A stretch of 64,000 nt of DNA from Sandaracinaceae bacterium (GTDB lineage: Bacteria; Myxococcota_A; Polyangia; Polyangiales; Sandaracinaceae), in contig JBGAQA010000025.1 of the NCBI GenBank assembly GCA_044220955.1, forward strand, positions 1-64,000, read 5' to 3'. The notes under the pieces are model-generated. The model was not told the DNA's origin and did not search any database. It saw nothing but the letters and a program-made list of their open reading frames with translations. Shown piece by piece: positions 1 through 11,523 of this stretch. Position 1 is the first letter of the stretch. Each line of letters opens with the position of its first letter. The position numbers and the translations under genes were made by a program.

Positions 1-405
1 GCGAGCGCGCTGCGCGCGCGTGCTGCGGGGACCCGCGCGCCGGAGGCTGCGACGCGACGCGCCGGCGTCCCGCACACCTGCTCGCCAGGATGCGAAGACG
101 TCGTGAGCGGCACGCTCTCGCGCGAGGCGATCCGCCGCGTGGTGGCCCGCCACCGGGGCGAGGTGCGGTGGTGCTACGAGCGCGGGCTCGCCACCCGTCC
201 GGAGCTCACCGGTCGCGTGACGGTCCGCTGGGTGGTGGCGGCGGGCGGCGGCGTGCAGGGTGCGGCGGTCGACCCGAGCGGCTCGGATCTCCACGCGCCA
301 GACGTCGAGTCCTGCATCGCGAGCGCCGTCACGCGCTGGACGTTCCCGGCCGCGTCGGGTCCGACGGCCGTGCGCTACCCGTTCGTGCTCGGGCTCACCG
401 AATAG
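1..405 (+). CDS. AgmX/PglI C-terminal (TonB-C-like) domain protein, 5' end outside window
   Basis: Frame is open from base 1; LSREAIRRVV...VRWCYERGL...GRVTVRWVV...VESCI...WTFP...VRYPF is the typical myxobacterial pattern for this domain. Confidence 0.8.
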   Translation, partial: ASALRARAAGTRAPEAATRRAGVPHTCSPGCEDVVSGTLSREAIRRVVARHRGEVRWCYERGLATRPELTGRVTVRWVVAAGGGVQGAAVDPSGSDLHAPDVESCIASAVTRWTFPAASGPTAVRYPFVLGLTE

Positions 406-422
406 GGCTACGCTCGCGCCCG

Positions 423-983
423 ATGCCCGATCGGAACCTCTGGCTCGCCGGGTGCGTCGCGCTCTGTGTCGCGTCGATCGCCGCGACCTACCTCGTGATG
501 CACGGTCAGCGCGTCGACGCAGACGCGGACGCGGCGATCGCGCTCGCCGATGCGCGCGAGTCGGGGGCCGCCCGCGAGGTCGAGCTCCAGGGTCAGCTCG
601 CCGCCTGCCGGCTCGACCACGGCCACGCCCGCCACCAGACGGGGGACCGCACGTTCGACGCGACGGTGACGGCGACGAGCGGCGAGTCGCGCGCGAGCCA
701 GGGCGACACGTGCCGCGTGGAGCTCGACTGGAGCGACGACCCCCTCGAGGGCTGCCGCGCGCTCGTGCGCTGCGGCACGGAGTGGCTCTACGGCGATGTC
801 GGCGCGGGGTTCTTCGACTGCACCGTCGACGGCCAGGGCATCGTGCACGGGCAGGACGCGAACCCCACCTCGGCCGGCGGTGATCCGCGCCTCGTCGTCG
901 ATCGCCTCGGAAGCACGATGACGCTCTCCGACGACGCGCCTGCGTGGTCGATCACCCTCGCGCTGCCCGCCGACGAGCTGTGA
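423..983 (+). CDS. Hypothetical membrane-anchored Cys-containing protein
   Basis: ATG at 423 (MPDRNLWLAGCVALCV...), N-terminal hydrophobic helix, GC3-rich codons; TACGCT 8 nt upstream. Confidence 0.65.
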   Translation: MPDRNLWLAGCVALCVASIAATYLVMHGQRVDADADAAIALADARESGAAREVELQGQLAACRLDHGHARHQTGDRTFDATVTATSGESRASQGDTCRVELDWSDDPLEGCRALVRCGTEWLYGDVGAGFFDCTVDGQGIVHGQDANPTSAGGDPRLVVDRLGSTMTLSDDAPAWSITLALPADEL

Positions 984-1004
984 TGCGAGAGAGGGCTCTG
1001 ACGC

Positions 1005-2468
1005 TCAGGTGATGATCTCGGACAGCGCGCCGCGCAGCGAGAGCATCGAGCCGTCGGCGAGCGCCACCTCCGCCTGGCCGAACGACTCGTCCGGCAGCCC
1101 CATCGCGCGCATCAAGCTCACGTAGAGCTGGTTCATGCTCGGCCCCATCGGGATCGGGTAGCGCGGCGCCCAGGGCGACTGCACGAGGCGTGGGTAGCGA
1201 ACGTACGTGCCCGTGCGGAAGAACCCGTCCCCGCCGCCCCCGAGGACGACGGGCATGTTCACGTGCTGGTGCGTTCCGGTCGCGCACTCGGTGATCCAGA
1301 CGAGGTTCGAGTGATCGAGCAGCGTCCCGCTGCCCTCGGGCAGGGAGTCGAGCATCGACATCAGTCGGGCGAAGCGCTCCGCGTGCCACTGGTTGTAGAC
1401 GATCATCGCCGTCTCGGAGCGCGGCAGGAAGGGCTCGCTCATGTCGTCGACCGACGAGTGCGCGTAGCCCCCGTGCAGGTCGGGGTCGGCGGGGTAGCCG
1501 AAGTCCGGCGGGATCAGGATCGGCAGCACGAGGGTGATCACGCGCGTCATGTCGCACGCGAGCGCGAGCGTCGTGATGCGGTTCCACTGGTCGATGAGGT
1601 GGCCGCTCGGATCGAAGGTCCCGAGCGTGCACGCTGGCATCAGCGACGTGGACGAGAACGTCACCTCCAGCTCGCGGACGAGCTCGGCGTGCAGGGCGAG
1701 CTTGCGGCGGCCTTCGGTCCCGAGGCGCGCGGACGCGTAGTCGTACTCGTCGGCGACGAGGTCGAGCACGCTGCCTCGACCGGCGCGCAGGAGCTCGTCG
1801 CGGCTCGTGGGATCGCCGCCCGGCGAGTAGAGACCCATCAGATCCGCGAACGCCTGCGCCGGGTCTTCGACGCGCGGCGACGCGACGCCCGACGCGACGT
1901 GCGAGTAGTTGCCCGCGTGCGTCGAGCCGTAGACGCGCGAGGCCCAGCGCGCGCCCTCGCGCGTGCGATCACCCAGCTCCTGATCGATCGACTTGCCGCC
2001 GCCGCGACAGTTCTGCCCCGCCTCCTGGTGCGACTCCATCGGGCACAAGAGGTGTGCGTTCGCGATGGTGTGCTCGTTGGGATCCCAGTCGGGGTGCATC
2101 GCGATGCGCACGTGATCGGCCATCAGGGTCGTGCACGCGAGCCCCTCGACGACCGTCACGCGCCGGCGATACGCGTCGAGCGGCTGGAGGATCGGCGGCG
2201 TCTCGTCGAGGGAGAGCGAGCCGAAGTCGGCGCTCGCCACCGCATCGGTCGGAGCGCCCGGCATCGCGAGGTTCCACGCGTTCGGCACCGTGCCGTGCGC
2301 CTCGATCCAGAACACCACGCGCTTGGGCGCGTCGCCGGTGCCCGCGCGCACCACCGAGTTCCAGCCGAGCGACGGAAGGCCCGCCGCGAGCCCTCCGAGC
2401 CCGAGCGCGGTGAGGAACCGGCGCCGACTCACGCGCCACGGTGGCTTCACGCTGCTCTTGCGTCTCAT
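1005..2468 (-). CDS. DUF1552 family protein with Tat signal
   Basis: SRRRFL twin-arginine motif; APKRVVF, SIDQELG, ALACDMTRV, GTLLDHS and PVVLGGG motifs; directly downstream of a DUF1592-type gene. Confidence 0.85.
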   Translation of the reverse strand: MRRKSSVKPPWRVSRRRFLTALGLGGLAAGLPSLGWNSVVRAGTGDAPKRVVFWIEAHGTVPNAWNLAMPGAPTDAVASADFGSLSLDETPPILQPLDAYRRRVTVVEGLACTTLMADHVRIAMHPDWDPNEHTIANAHLLCPMESHQEAGQNCRGGGKSIDQELGDRTREGARWASRVYGSTHAGNYSHVASGVASPRVEDPAQAFADLMGLYSPGGDPTSRDELLRAGRGSVLDLVADEYDYASARLGTEGRRKLALHAELVRELEVTFSSTSLMPACTLGTFDPSGHLIDQWNRITTLALACDMTRVITLVLPILIPPDFGYPADPDLHGGYAHSSVDDMSEPFLPRSETAMIVYNQWHAERFARLMSMLDSLPEGSGTLLDHSNLVWITECATGTHQHVNMPVVLGGGGDGFFRTGTYVRYPRLVQSPWAPRYPIPMGPSMNQLYVSLMRAMGLPDESFGQAEVALADGSMLSLRGALSEIIT

Positions 2469-2493
2469 GGCCGAAGGCCCTCCCGGAGAGCGC

Positions 2494-4152
2494 TCATTCC
2501 TGCACCGCCTGCTGCAAGCGGAGCTCGGGGCTCGAGGCGATCGCGCGCAGCACCGCGCGCAGATCTCCGCCGCTCCCGTCGTAGGCGCGGCGCACCGCGA
2601 AGCGGAGGTAGTGGTCCTCGATCTCCATCGAGCGGCCGAGCGCGAAGCGCACCCAGCTGTCGGTCGCACAGCCCGCCACCACGTCGCTCGTCGCGAGGAT
2701 GGCGCTCAGCTCGACCGCGTCGGCGAAGGGCACTTCGGGCTGCACGGCGCTGAGCGTGCCGCTCGCATCGATCGCGAGCCCGTCGTCGAGCGCGCGGAAG
2801 CTGCCCACGGCGTCGTAGTGCTCGAAGGCGAAGCCGACCGCGTTGATGCGCGTGTGGCACGTCGCGCAGCTCGGCGCTGCCGTGCGCCGCTCGAACAGGA
2901 CGCGGTTCGTCACGGGGCCCTCGCCCATCACCGGCTGCGGGGGCGAGAGGTCCGCCGCCGCCGGCGGCGACAGGTGCGGCTGGCAGAGCAAGCGCTCGAG
3001 CACGTACACGCCGCGCAGCGGCGGCGAGATGCTCCCCGTGTGCGAGCGCCCCGCGAGGAACGCCGCGCGCGTGAGCACGCCGGCGCGCTCGCCCTCGGGC
3101 AGCTCCACGTCCACCCAGCCGCCCGTGGACGGCGGCGCGACCCCGTAGATGCCGGCCATCGCGGGGTCGACGAGCGCGTGCCGGCTCGTGAGCAGCTCGG
3201 GCAGCGTCCCATCGCCTTCGCTCGCGGACCAGCGGACGAAGCGCTCGATCTCCTCGCGCTCCGAGCGCTGCACGTCGGTCGACCAGCCCGGGTACTGGGC
3301 GGGATCGCGCGTGCGATTGGCGTCCGCGAGGATGCGATCGAAGTCGAGCCACTGCCGGTGGAAGTCGACGATGGTGTCGACGACGCGCGGGTCGTCGAGC
3401 ATGCGCTCGACCTCGGCCGCGAGCACCGCGTCGTCGAGCAGCTCACCGGAGTCGGCGAGATCGAGCAGCTCGTCGTCCGGCCCCGACTCCCAGAGCAAGT
3501 ACGAGAGGCGCGTCGCGAGCGCGTGCGCCTCCACGCGCACGGGGTCGGTCGGGACGCTCGCCGCCGGATCGAGCACCGGGATCTCGATCCGGTAGAGGAA
3601 CGCGGGCGCCTGCACGAGCGCCATGAGCGTGAGCTGGACGGCGGCCGGGAAGTCGATGGCCGCGCGAAACGCCGAGAAGCGCGTCGAGAAGCGCTCGACC
3701 TCGGCCGGGACGAGCGGGCGCCGGAACGCGCGGCGCCCGAAGGTGGCCACGAGGGCCCGGCCGCACGCGTCCTGCTCCGCGGGGCTCGTCCAGGAGGTGC
3801 AGGGGAGCGTGCGCGCGAGCGCCGCGTCGTCGGCCGTCGCGAGCGTCGTGTATGCGAACGCGATCGCCTCGTAACGCGCGATGCCGAGGTCGGTCGGCCC
3901 GAGGGCCCGCGCGTCGTTCTCGAACCCGCCCACGAGGGTGTCGGGCGGCAGCGAGGGCAGGTCGGCGGGCGCCACGCCGGGAAAGAGATCGCGCATCGAG
4001 TGCAGGTACTCGACGTTCGAGAGCCGGCGCAGCGGCGAGCTGCCGACGAACCCGCTCGCGGGAGGCCCCGCGACGCCCCGATCCGCCGGAGGCGCGCACG
4101 AGGCGAGGGCCACCGCGAGCCACAAGGCGAGCCGTCGAGGTCGCGAAGCCAT
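2494..4152 (-). CDS. DUF1587/1595/1592/1588/1585 multi-domain lipoprotein with CxxCH motif
   Basis: Lipobox LASC; LRRLSNVEY, FGRRAFRRPL, LATRLSYLLWESGPD, CATCH...GFAFEHYDAVG. Confidence 0.88.
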   Translation of the reverse strand: MASRPRRLALWLAVALASCAPPADRGVAGPPASGFVGSSPLRRLSNVEYLHSMRDLFPGVAPADLPSLPPDTLVGGFENDARALGPTDLGIARYEAIAFAYTTLATADDAALARTLPCTSWTSPAEQDACGRALVATFGRRAFRRPLVPAEVERFSTRFSAFRAAIDFPAAVQLTLMALVQAPAFLYRIEIPVLDPAASVPTDPVRVEAHALATRLSYLLWESGPDDELLDLADSGELLDDAVLAAEVERMLDDPRVVDTIVDFHRQWLDFDRILADANRTRDPAQYPGWSTDVQRSEREEIERFVRWSASEGDGTLPELLTSRHALVDPAMAGIYGVAPPSTGGWVDVELPEGERAGVLTRAAFLAGRSHTGSISPPLRGVYVLERLLCQPHLSPPAAADLSPPQPVMGEGPVTNRVLFERRTAAPSCATCHTRINAVGFAFEHYDAVGSFRALDDGLAIDASGTLSAVQPEVPFADAVELSAILATSDVVAGCATDSWVRFALGRSMEIEDHYLRFAVRRAYDGSGGDLRAVLRAIASSPELRLQQAVQE

Positions 4153-4207
4153 GGAAGGAAAGCAGTATAGCTCGCCCGGTCCGGGCTGGATCTATAGTCC
4201 CGACCCG

Positions 4208-6838
4208 ATGGCCAAAGGCAGCAAGCTCGTCCTCGTCGACGGAAGCTGGCTCGTGTTCCGGGCGTTCTTCGCGCTGCCGGCGTCCCTCTCGACCAAGGAC
4301 GGCTTGCCGACGAACGCGACGTTCGGCTTCGCGACGATGTTCCGCAAGCTCTTCGCGGGGCGCCCGCCCGACTTCGGCGCGGTCGTGTTCGACACCCCCG
4401 AGGCGACGCACCGCGAGATCGCGTTCCCGGCGTACAAGGCGCAGCGACCGCCGATGCACGGCGAGCTCCGGCGCCAGCTGCCCTTCGTGGATCGGGTCGT
4501 CCTCGCGAACCACTTCCCGATCCTGCGCGCGCCCGGCTGGGAGGCCGACGACGTGATCGCGACGCTCGCCAAGCGTGGCGCCGACGCGGGCATGGATGTG
4601 GTGATCGTCGCCGGCGACAAGGATCTGGCGCAGCGCGTCGGCGAGCGCGTGCGGATGCAGGACACGATGCGCGACGTGACGTACGACGCCGAGCTCGTTC
4701 GCAAGAAGTGGGGCGTGCCTCCCGAGAAGATCCCCGACCTGCTCGCGCTCGTCGGCGACAGCGTGGACAACATCCCCGGCGTCGACGGCATCGGCGACAA
4801 GGGCGCGGCCGCGCTGCTCGAGAAGTACGGGTCGGTCGAGGGGGTCCTCGCGCACGCGTCCGAGCTCAAGGGCAAGCAGCGCGCCTCGATCGAGGCCGCC
4901 AGGGACGCCGTGCTGCTCTACAAGAAGCTCGCGACCGTCTCGTGCGACGCGGCGATCGACGTCACGATCGAGTCGCTCGCGATCACGCCGCCGGACCCCT
5001 CCGAGCTCGACGCCCTCTACCGCGAGCTCGAGTTCTACTCGCTGCTCACGGGCGGCGGGGCGAGCGAGAAGTCCGAGGACGCGCAGAGCGCGAGCTGCTC
5101 GGTCATCGAAGACGAGCCGAGCGTTCGAGCGTGGCTCGCCGCGATTCCCGCCGGCGCACCGGTGGCCGTGCACGCGCTCCGCGGCCCCGAGACGGTGCAC
5201 GGCCGCGTGCGGGCGATCGCGCTCTCGTGGTCGGCCGGGCAGGCGGTGCTCGTCCCCCCGCGCACGCTGGACGCGCTGTTCGCCGACGCGACGCGCCCGA
5301 AGGTCGTGCACGACGTGAAGCGGCTGATCGAGTGCGTCGAGCGCGACGGCGTGGCGCTGCGCGGGCCGATCTTCGACACGATGCTCGCCTCGTATCTGGT
5401 CGAGCCGACCAAGGTGATCCCGCATCGCCTCGAGCAGGTGAGCAAGGAGTACCTGCAGCGCTGGCTGCCTCCGCTGAAGGCCGTCGTCGGATCCGGACGC
5501 GAGGAGAAGGCGCTCGACGACGTGCCGCTCGACGCGCTCGCGGCGCACGCCGGAGAGCACGCCGACGCCGTGCGCGCGCTCGGTGTCGCGCTCGGGGAAC
5601 GGCTCGATGCGATCGGTCTACGTGACCTCTACGAACGTACCGAGCTGCCGCTCGCGCGCGTGCTCGCGAAGATGGAGATCGCGGGCATCCGGGTGGACCG
5701 CGAGGACCTCGCGAAGATGGGAGAGGAGTTCCGCGCACGGAAGGCCGAGATCGAGGCGCACGTCTACCGGCTCGCGGGCCACGAGTTCAACATCGGCTCG
5801 ACCAAGCAGCTCGCCGACGTCCTCTTCGAGGAGCTGAAGCTGCCCGTCATCAAGAAGAACAAGACCGGCTACTCGACCGACGCCGAAGTGCTCGAGCGGC
5901 TCGCGCCCAAGCACGAGATCGCGGCACAGGTGCTCGCGCAGCGCGAGCTCGCGAAGCTCATCAACACCTACACGGACGTGCTCGCCGAGGCGATCTCGAA
6001 GGAGACGGGTCGTATCCACGCGAGCTTCCAGCAGACCGTCGGGGCGAGCGGGCGGCTCATCTCGACCGACCCGGACCTGCAGCGCACGCCCGTGCGCACG
6101 CCCGAGGGAAAGCGCATCCGCCGCGCGTTCGTCGCGCCCGTGGGCACGAAGCTGATCGCGGCGGACTGGTCGCAGATCGAGCTGCGCGTGCTCGCGCACT
6201 TCTCGGGGGACGCGAGCCTGCGTGAGGCGTTCCAGAAGAACCTCGATCTGCACCGGCAGACGGCGTCGCTCCTCTTCTCCGTCGCGCCCGACGCGGTCAC
6301 CTCCGAGCAGCGCAACGTCGGCAAGACGGTCAACTTCGCCACCATCTACGGCCAGGGCGCGACGGCGCTCGGGCAGATCCTCTCCATCCCGCGCAAGGAC
6401 GCGCAGCGGTACATCGAGCAGTACTTCGAGCACTACGCGGGCGTGCGCCGCTGGCTCGATCGCACGATCGAGCAGGCCCACCGCGACGGGTACGTCACCA
6501 CGATCCTCGGGCGCCGCCGCTACGTCCCCGAGCTCTCGATGCGCAACGACACGGACCGATCGGCGGGCGAGCGCATCGCCGCGAACACGCCCATCCAGGG
6601 CTCGGCGGCCGACCTCTGCAAGCTCGCGATGCTCGGCATCGATCGCCGTCTCACGAGCGAGCGCATGAGGACGCGCTTGCTGCTCCAGGTCCACGACGAG
6701 CTCGTCTTCGAGGCGCCGGACGACGAGGTCGACGCCGCAGGCGACGTGGTCCGCGAGGTCATGGAGAGGCCCTACCCGCTCGAGGTCCCGCTGGTCGTGT
6801 CCCTCGGTGTCGGCCAGAGCTGGGGCGACGCGAAGTAG
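4208..6838 (+). CDS. polA: DNA polymerase I (variant motifs; 3'-5' exonuclease domain degenerate)
   Basis: 5'-nuclease motifs VDGS, EADD, DKD, GDSVDNIPGV; polymerase motifs DWSQIELR, KTVNFATIYG, QVHDEL. Confidence 0.95.
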   Translation: MAKGSKLVLVDGSWLVFRAFFALPASLSTKDGLPTNATFGFATMFRKLFAGRPPDFGAVVFDTPEATHREIAFPAYKAQRPPMHGELRRQLPFVDRVVLANHFPILRAPGWEADDVIATLAKRGADAGMDVVIVAGDKDLAQRVGERVRMQDTMRDVTYDAELVRKKWGVPPEKIPDLLALVGDSVDNIPGVDGIGDKGAAALLEKYGSVEGVLAHASELKGKQRASIEAARDAVLLYKKLATVSCDAAIDVTIESLAITPPDPSELDALYRELEFYSLLTGGGASEKSEDAQSASCSVIEDEPSVRAWLAAIPAGAPVAVHALRGPETVHGRVRAIALSWSAGQAVLVPPRTLDALFADATRPKVVHDVKRLIECVERDGVALRGPIFDTMLASYLVEPTKVIPHRLEQVSKEYLQRWLPPLKAVVGSGREEKALDDVPLDALAAHAGEHADAVRALGVALGERLDAIGLRDLYERTELPLARVLAKMEIAGIRVDREDLAKMGEEFRARKAEIEAHVYRLAGHEFNIGSTKQLADVLFEELKLPVIKKNKTGYSTDAEVLERLAPKHEIAAQVLAQRELAKLINTYTDVLAEAISKETGRIHASFQQTVGASGRLISTDPDLQRTPVRTPEGKRIRRAFVAPVGTKLIAADWSQIELRVLAHFSGDASLREAFQKNLDLHRQTASLLFSVAPDAVTSEQRNVGKTVNFATIYGQGATALGQILSIPRKDAQRYIEQYFEHYAGVRRWLDRTIEQAHRDGYVTTILGRRRYVPELSMRNDTDRSAGERIAANTPIQGSAADLCKLAMLGIDRRLTSERMRTRLLLQVHDELVFEAPDDEVDAAGDVVREVMERPYPLEVPLVVSLGVGQSWGDAK

Positions 6839-6871
6839 CCCCACGGAACCCCGGGACCTCCGGCGATCCCA

Positions 6872-7064
6872 CCGGGATCCACCGGGGGCCGGGATCCACC
6901 GGGGGTCACTCCACACCCACTCAACCTCCCGAATTGATTCGGGTCCGGCGGCAAGGTGCGCGATTCGCGCGAGGCGCCTTGAAATCAGCGCGTTCCCGCG
7001 AAACGCGCACCTGCCCGCCCGTTCGTCGTGTTTTCGGAGACTTGGGACCCCGTGGAGTGACCCC
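6872..7064. repeat. Intergenic palindromic element: 17-bp tandem repeat plus 13-bp inverted repeats enclosing hairpins
   Basis: CCGGGATCCACCGGGGG at 6872 and 6889; GGGGTCACTCCAC (6902-6914) and GTGGAGTGACCCC (7052-7064); internal CCCGAAT-TG-ATTCGGG hairpin and a long AGGTGCGCG...CGCGCACCT stem. Confidence 0.75.
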
Positions 7065-7105
7065 ATTCGCCCGTGCCAGTCGTCCACGCGGTCACCGACC
7101 CCCAG

Positions 7106-8323
7106 TCAGCGGGATTCCGGATCGGCCAGCCCGGTGTGGCTGCGCAGGAAATCGAGCAGGAACGGCTCGTGGTCGATGCCGCTCTCGTCGGCGACCCCGT
7201 CAGGCCAGCGAACGTGATCGATGAGCGCCGCCGAGAACGGACACATGGCGGCGATCGTGCACGTGGTCGTCTCGTGGCCGAACGCGTCGACGATGCGCCA
7301 CGCGACGTTCGGGTCGTGGAGGTCCTGGCGCGCGCGCTCGACCCAGGGGCGCACGGCCGTGCCGGGCTGCATCGCGTGGGCCGCCTCGGCGCCGAGCGAG
7401 ACGGCCTGCGCGGAGTCGCACGCCACGATGTCGCAGGCGCGCGACACGATCGCGATCGGCACGCGCGTGCGCGGCGGCGGCGACGTGTCGCAGCGAGCCC
7501 GGTCACTCGCGCGCGGCGAGCGGAAGGGATCGGCGCCGTCGTACACGGCTGCGGCGGCCACGTGGTTGCCGCCGGCGGTGGCCGTCTCGAAGCGCGCGAT
7601 CGCGTAGAGCTCGGCGAAGAATGCCCCGTTGGACCAGCCGACCGCGTAGACCCGCGCCGGATCCACGCTGCCAGAGGCGACCATGGCGTCGACCCACGCG
7701 TCCGCGTTGGCGATGTCGGGGTTCGTCGACGGACTGCCGAGGTCGCGGTGGTAGGCGTCGTGGTGCGGCGCGTCGCGTGGATCGCGCGTCGGCCAGTGGA
7801 GGTTGCGGCCCTGGATGGAGACGAGCACGAAGCCCGGACCGGCACCCGCGGCGTCGCTGAGCGGATAGCTCGCGGCCTTGCGCCGCAGCGAGGTCATCCC
7901 GTACACGTTGTCGGCGCTGCCGCCTGCGCCGTGGAAGAAGAGGACCAGCGGCACCTGCGCCCCCGGGCCCGCGCCCGGCGGCACGAAGACGCACGCGTAG
8001 CGGGTGACGCCGTCGGCATCGACGCGCGACCGGGCGGGACCATCGGCGAAGCCCCCGCGCGCGGCCGGCGCGGTACACGTCGGCACGTCGCTCGGGTCCG
8101 CGATCGCGTCGCGACCGCGCAGGGTCGGGAGCAGCGTGGTGCACGGGGCGGCCTGCGTGCACGCGGCCACGGGCGAGACGAGCCCGACGCTCGGATCGCA
8201 GGCGTAGGAGGCTGGGCCGCCCGGGTCCGGATCGGCGGCGGACACGGGTGGCGTCGCGGTCGTGGCCGGCGGTCCGCTCGAGCAAGCGAGCGCGAGCACC
8301 AGCGTCCAGGCCGGGGATCGCAT
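7106..8323 (-). CDS. Secreted alpha/beta hydrolase (PHB depolymerase/esterase-like lipoprotein)
   Basis: Lipoprotein-like signal LALAC; PLVLFFHGAGG, VDPARVYAVGWSNG (GxSxG), C-terminal HVRWP. Confidence 0.75.
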   Translation of the reverse strand: MRSPAWTLVLALACSSGPPATTATPPVSAADPDPGGPASYACDPSVGLVSPVAACTQAAPCTTLLPTLRGRDAIADPSDVPTCTAPAARGGFADGPARSRVDADGVTRYACVFVPPGAGPGAQVPLVLFFHGAGGSADNVYGMTSLRRKAASYPLSDAAGAGPGFVLVSIQGRNLHWPTRDPRDAPHHDAYHRDLGSPSTNPDIANADAWVDAMVASGSVDPARVYAVGWSNGAFFAELYAIARFETATAGGNHVAAAAVYDGADPFRSPRASDRARCDTSPPPRTRVPIAIVSRACDIVACDSAQAVSLGAEAAHAMQPGTAVRPWVERARQDLHDPNVAWRIVDAFGHETTTCTIAAMCPFSAALIDHVRWPDGVADESGIDHEPFLLDFLRSHTGLADPESR

Positions 8324-8444
8324 GACCTTTCTCGTACCACGAGAGCCCGCGCCCGGGCGCCTCCGGGATGAATCCCGCGCATTCGGGGGAGCCGCGCGTC
8401 TTCCCTTGAGATCCCCCCACCCCACCGGGGTAGTATCCCCCGCG

Positions 8445-10271
<1,827 letters not shown>

Positions 10272-10302
10272 CCCGGGCCGCCCGATCTATGCTGGACGGG
10301 AC

Positions 10303-11160
10303 GTGACGGCGGACGACGACGACGACGAGCGCGACTCGGACCACCCGGTCTCGAGCGGCGAGATCGACGTCACCGGCTGGACCCGCGACGACGCCGCCGA
10401 GGAGCGCAAGCGCAAGAAGCGCAAGCGCATCACGCTCGACGTGTTCGGCCCGCCGCTCGAGCTGCCGCAGACCGCACGGCACGACGCGATCCCGCCGGGC
10501 CCCGACGAGGGGCGCTCGACGGCGGAGTACGCGCTGCCGGACATGCGCGGGCTGCCGCGCTTCGACCGGCGCGCGTCCTCTCCGGTGGAGGAGGTCGCGA
10601 AGGTCGATGACGCGTGGTCGCGGGGCCGCGACGCGCCGGAGGCGGTGGCGACGCGGCCGCGCACCGAGACGCCGCCACCGTTCGCGCCGGCCGACTCGGC
10701 GGACTCGTCGCCGGGGGCGAGCTCCGGCCAGAACGACGCGATCGCGCTCGTGTCGCGCCGCAGCCGTCCGCCGACGAGCGCGGTCGACCTCGGCAGCGAG
10801 ATGCTCGACCGCTTCGCGCTCGGCGACTTCTCCGGAGCGCTGCTCGCCGCCGAGATCGTGCTCGGCAAGGACCCGGCGAACACCGAGGCCCAGCGCTGCG
10901 CCTCGAGCTGTCGCGAGCGCCTGTCCGACATGCACCTCTCGCGGCTCGGCGGCGCCGATCGGATCCCGATGGTCGCGGTCGCAGGCTCGGAGGTGCGCTG
11001 GCTCGGCCTCGATCACCGCGCGGGCTTCATCCTGTCGCGCGTCGACGGGCGCAGCACGATCGAGGAGCTGGTCGACCTCAGCGGCATGCCCCGCCACGAG
11101 GCGCTCAAGCTCCTCGTCGAGCTCGTCGGAGCCGGCGCGCTCTCGCTCCGGGGCCGCTGA
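10303..11160 (+). CDS. Myxobacterial hypothetical protein: disordered N-terminus, TPR-like helix pair, C-terminal winged-helix-like domain
   Basis: C-terminal LDHRAGFILSRVDGRSTIEELVDLSGMPRHEALKLL; co-oriented with dnaK; TATGCT 9 nt upstream of GTG. Confidence 0.7.
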   Translation: MTADDDDDERDSDHPVSSGEIDVTGWTRDDAAEERKRKKRKRITLDVFGPPLELPQTARHDAIPPGPDEGRSTAEYALPDMRGLPRFDRRASSPVEEVAKVDDAWSRGRDAPEAVATRPRTETPPPFAPADSADSSPGASSGQNDAIALVSRRSRPPTSAVDLGSEMLDRFALGDFSGALLAAEIVLGKDPANTEAQRCASSCRERLSDMHLSRLGGADRIPMVAVAGSEVRWLGLDHRAGFILSRVDGRSTIEELVDLSGMPRHEALKLLVELVGAGALSLRGR

Positions 11161-11190
11161 ACGTCGCCTCCCGCGGCAGCCGACGGCGCG

Positions 11191-11523
11191 TCAGCTGGCG
11201 AGCTTGAACGTCGTGTTCGGATCGAGCTCGCGGATGATGCGCGCTACGACCCGCGCTCGCGCCGGCGAGCCCGCCTTCTGGTGGAGCCACATGCCGTGGC
11301 GGAGCGCGGCGAGCGCATCCTCGCTGCGGCGGGCCCTCGCCCACATCGCGCCGGCCATCACCCACGTCGCCGCGTCGTCGATCAGCGCCGCGCGCTCGCG
11401 CAGCGCGAGGGCGGCCTTGCGGTGCTCGCCGTTCCTGGCGAGGCGCCGTGCCCGTCGCAGCAAGATCGCCGCAGGCTCGTCGCTCAGGGGCTCGCCGCGA
11501 TCGTCGTCACGTGACATCGACAT
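11191..11523 (-). CDS. Small helical (TPR-like) hypothetical protein
   Basis: Strong SD GGAGGTGA upstream on the minus strand; amphipathic helices. Confidence 0.65.
   Translation of the reverse strand: MSMSRDDDRGEPLSDEPAAILLRRARRLARNGEHRKAALALRERAALIDDAATWVMAGAMWARARRSEDALAALRHGMWLHQKAGSPARARVVARIIRELDPNTTFKLAS

Noticed and set aside
6872..6905. CRISPR array or integron attC
   Set aside because: Only two abutting copies with no spacers; no cas or integrase genes; no clear attC core sites
8324..8444. CIRCE or sigma32 heat-shock element before dnaK
   Set aside because: No TTAGCACTC-N9-GAGTGCTAA; CCCTTGAG resembles a sigma32 -35 but no properly spaced CCCCAT follows
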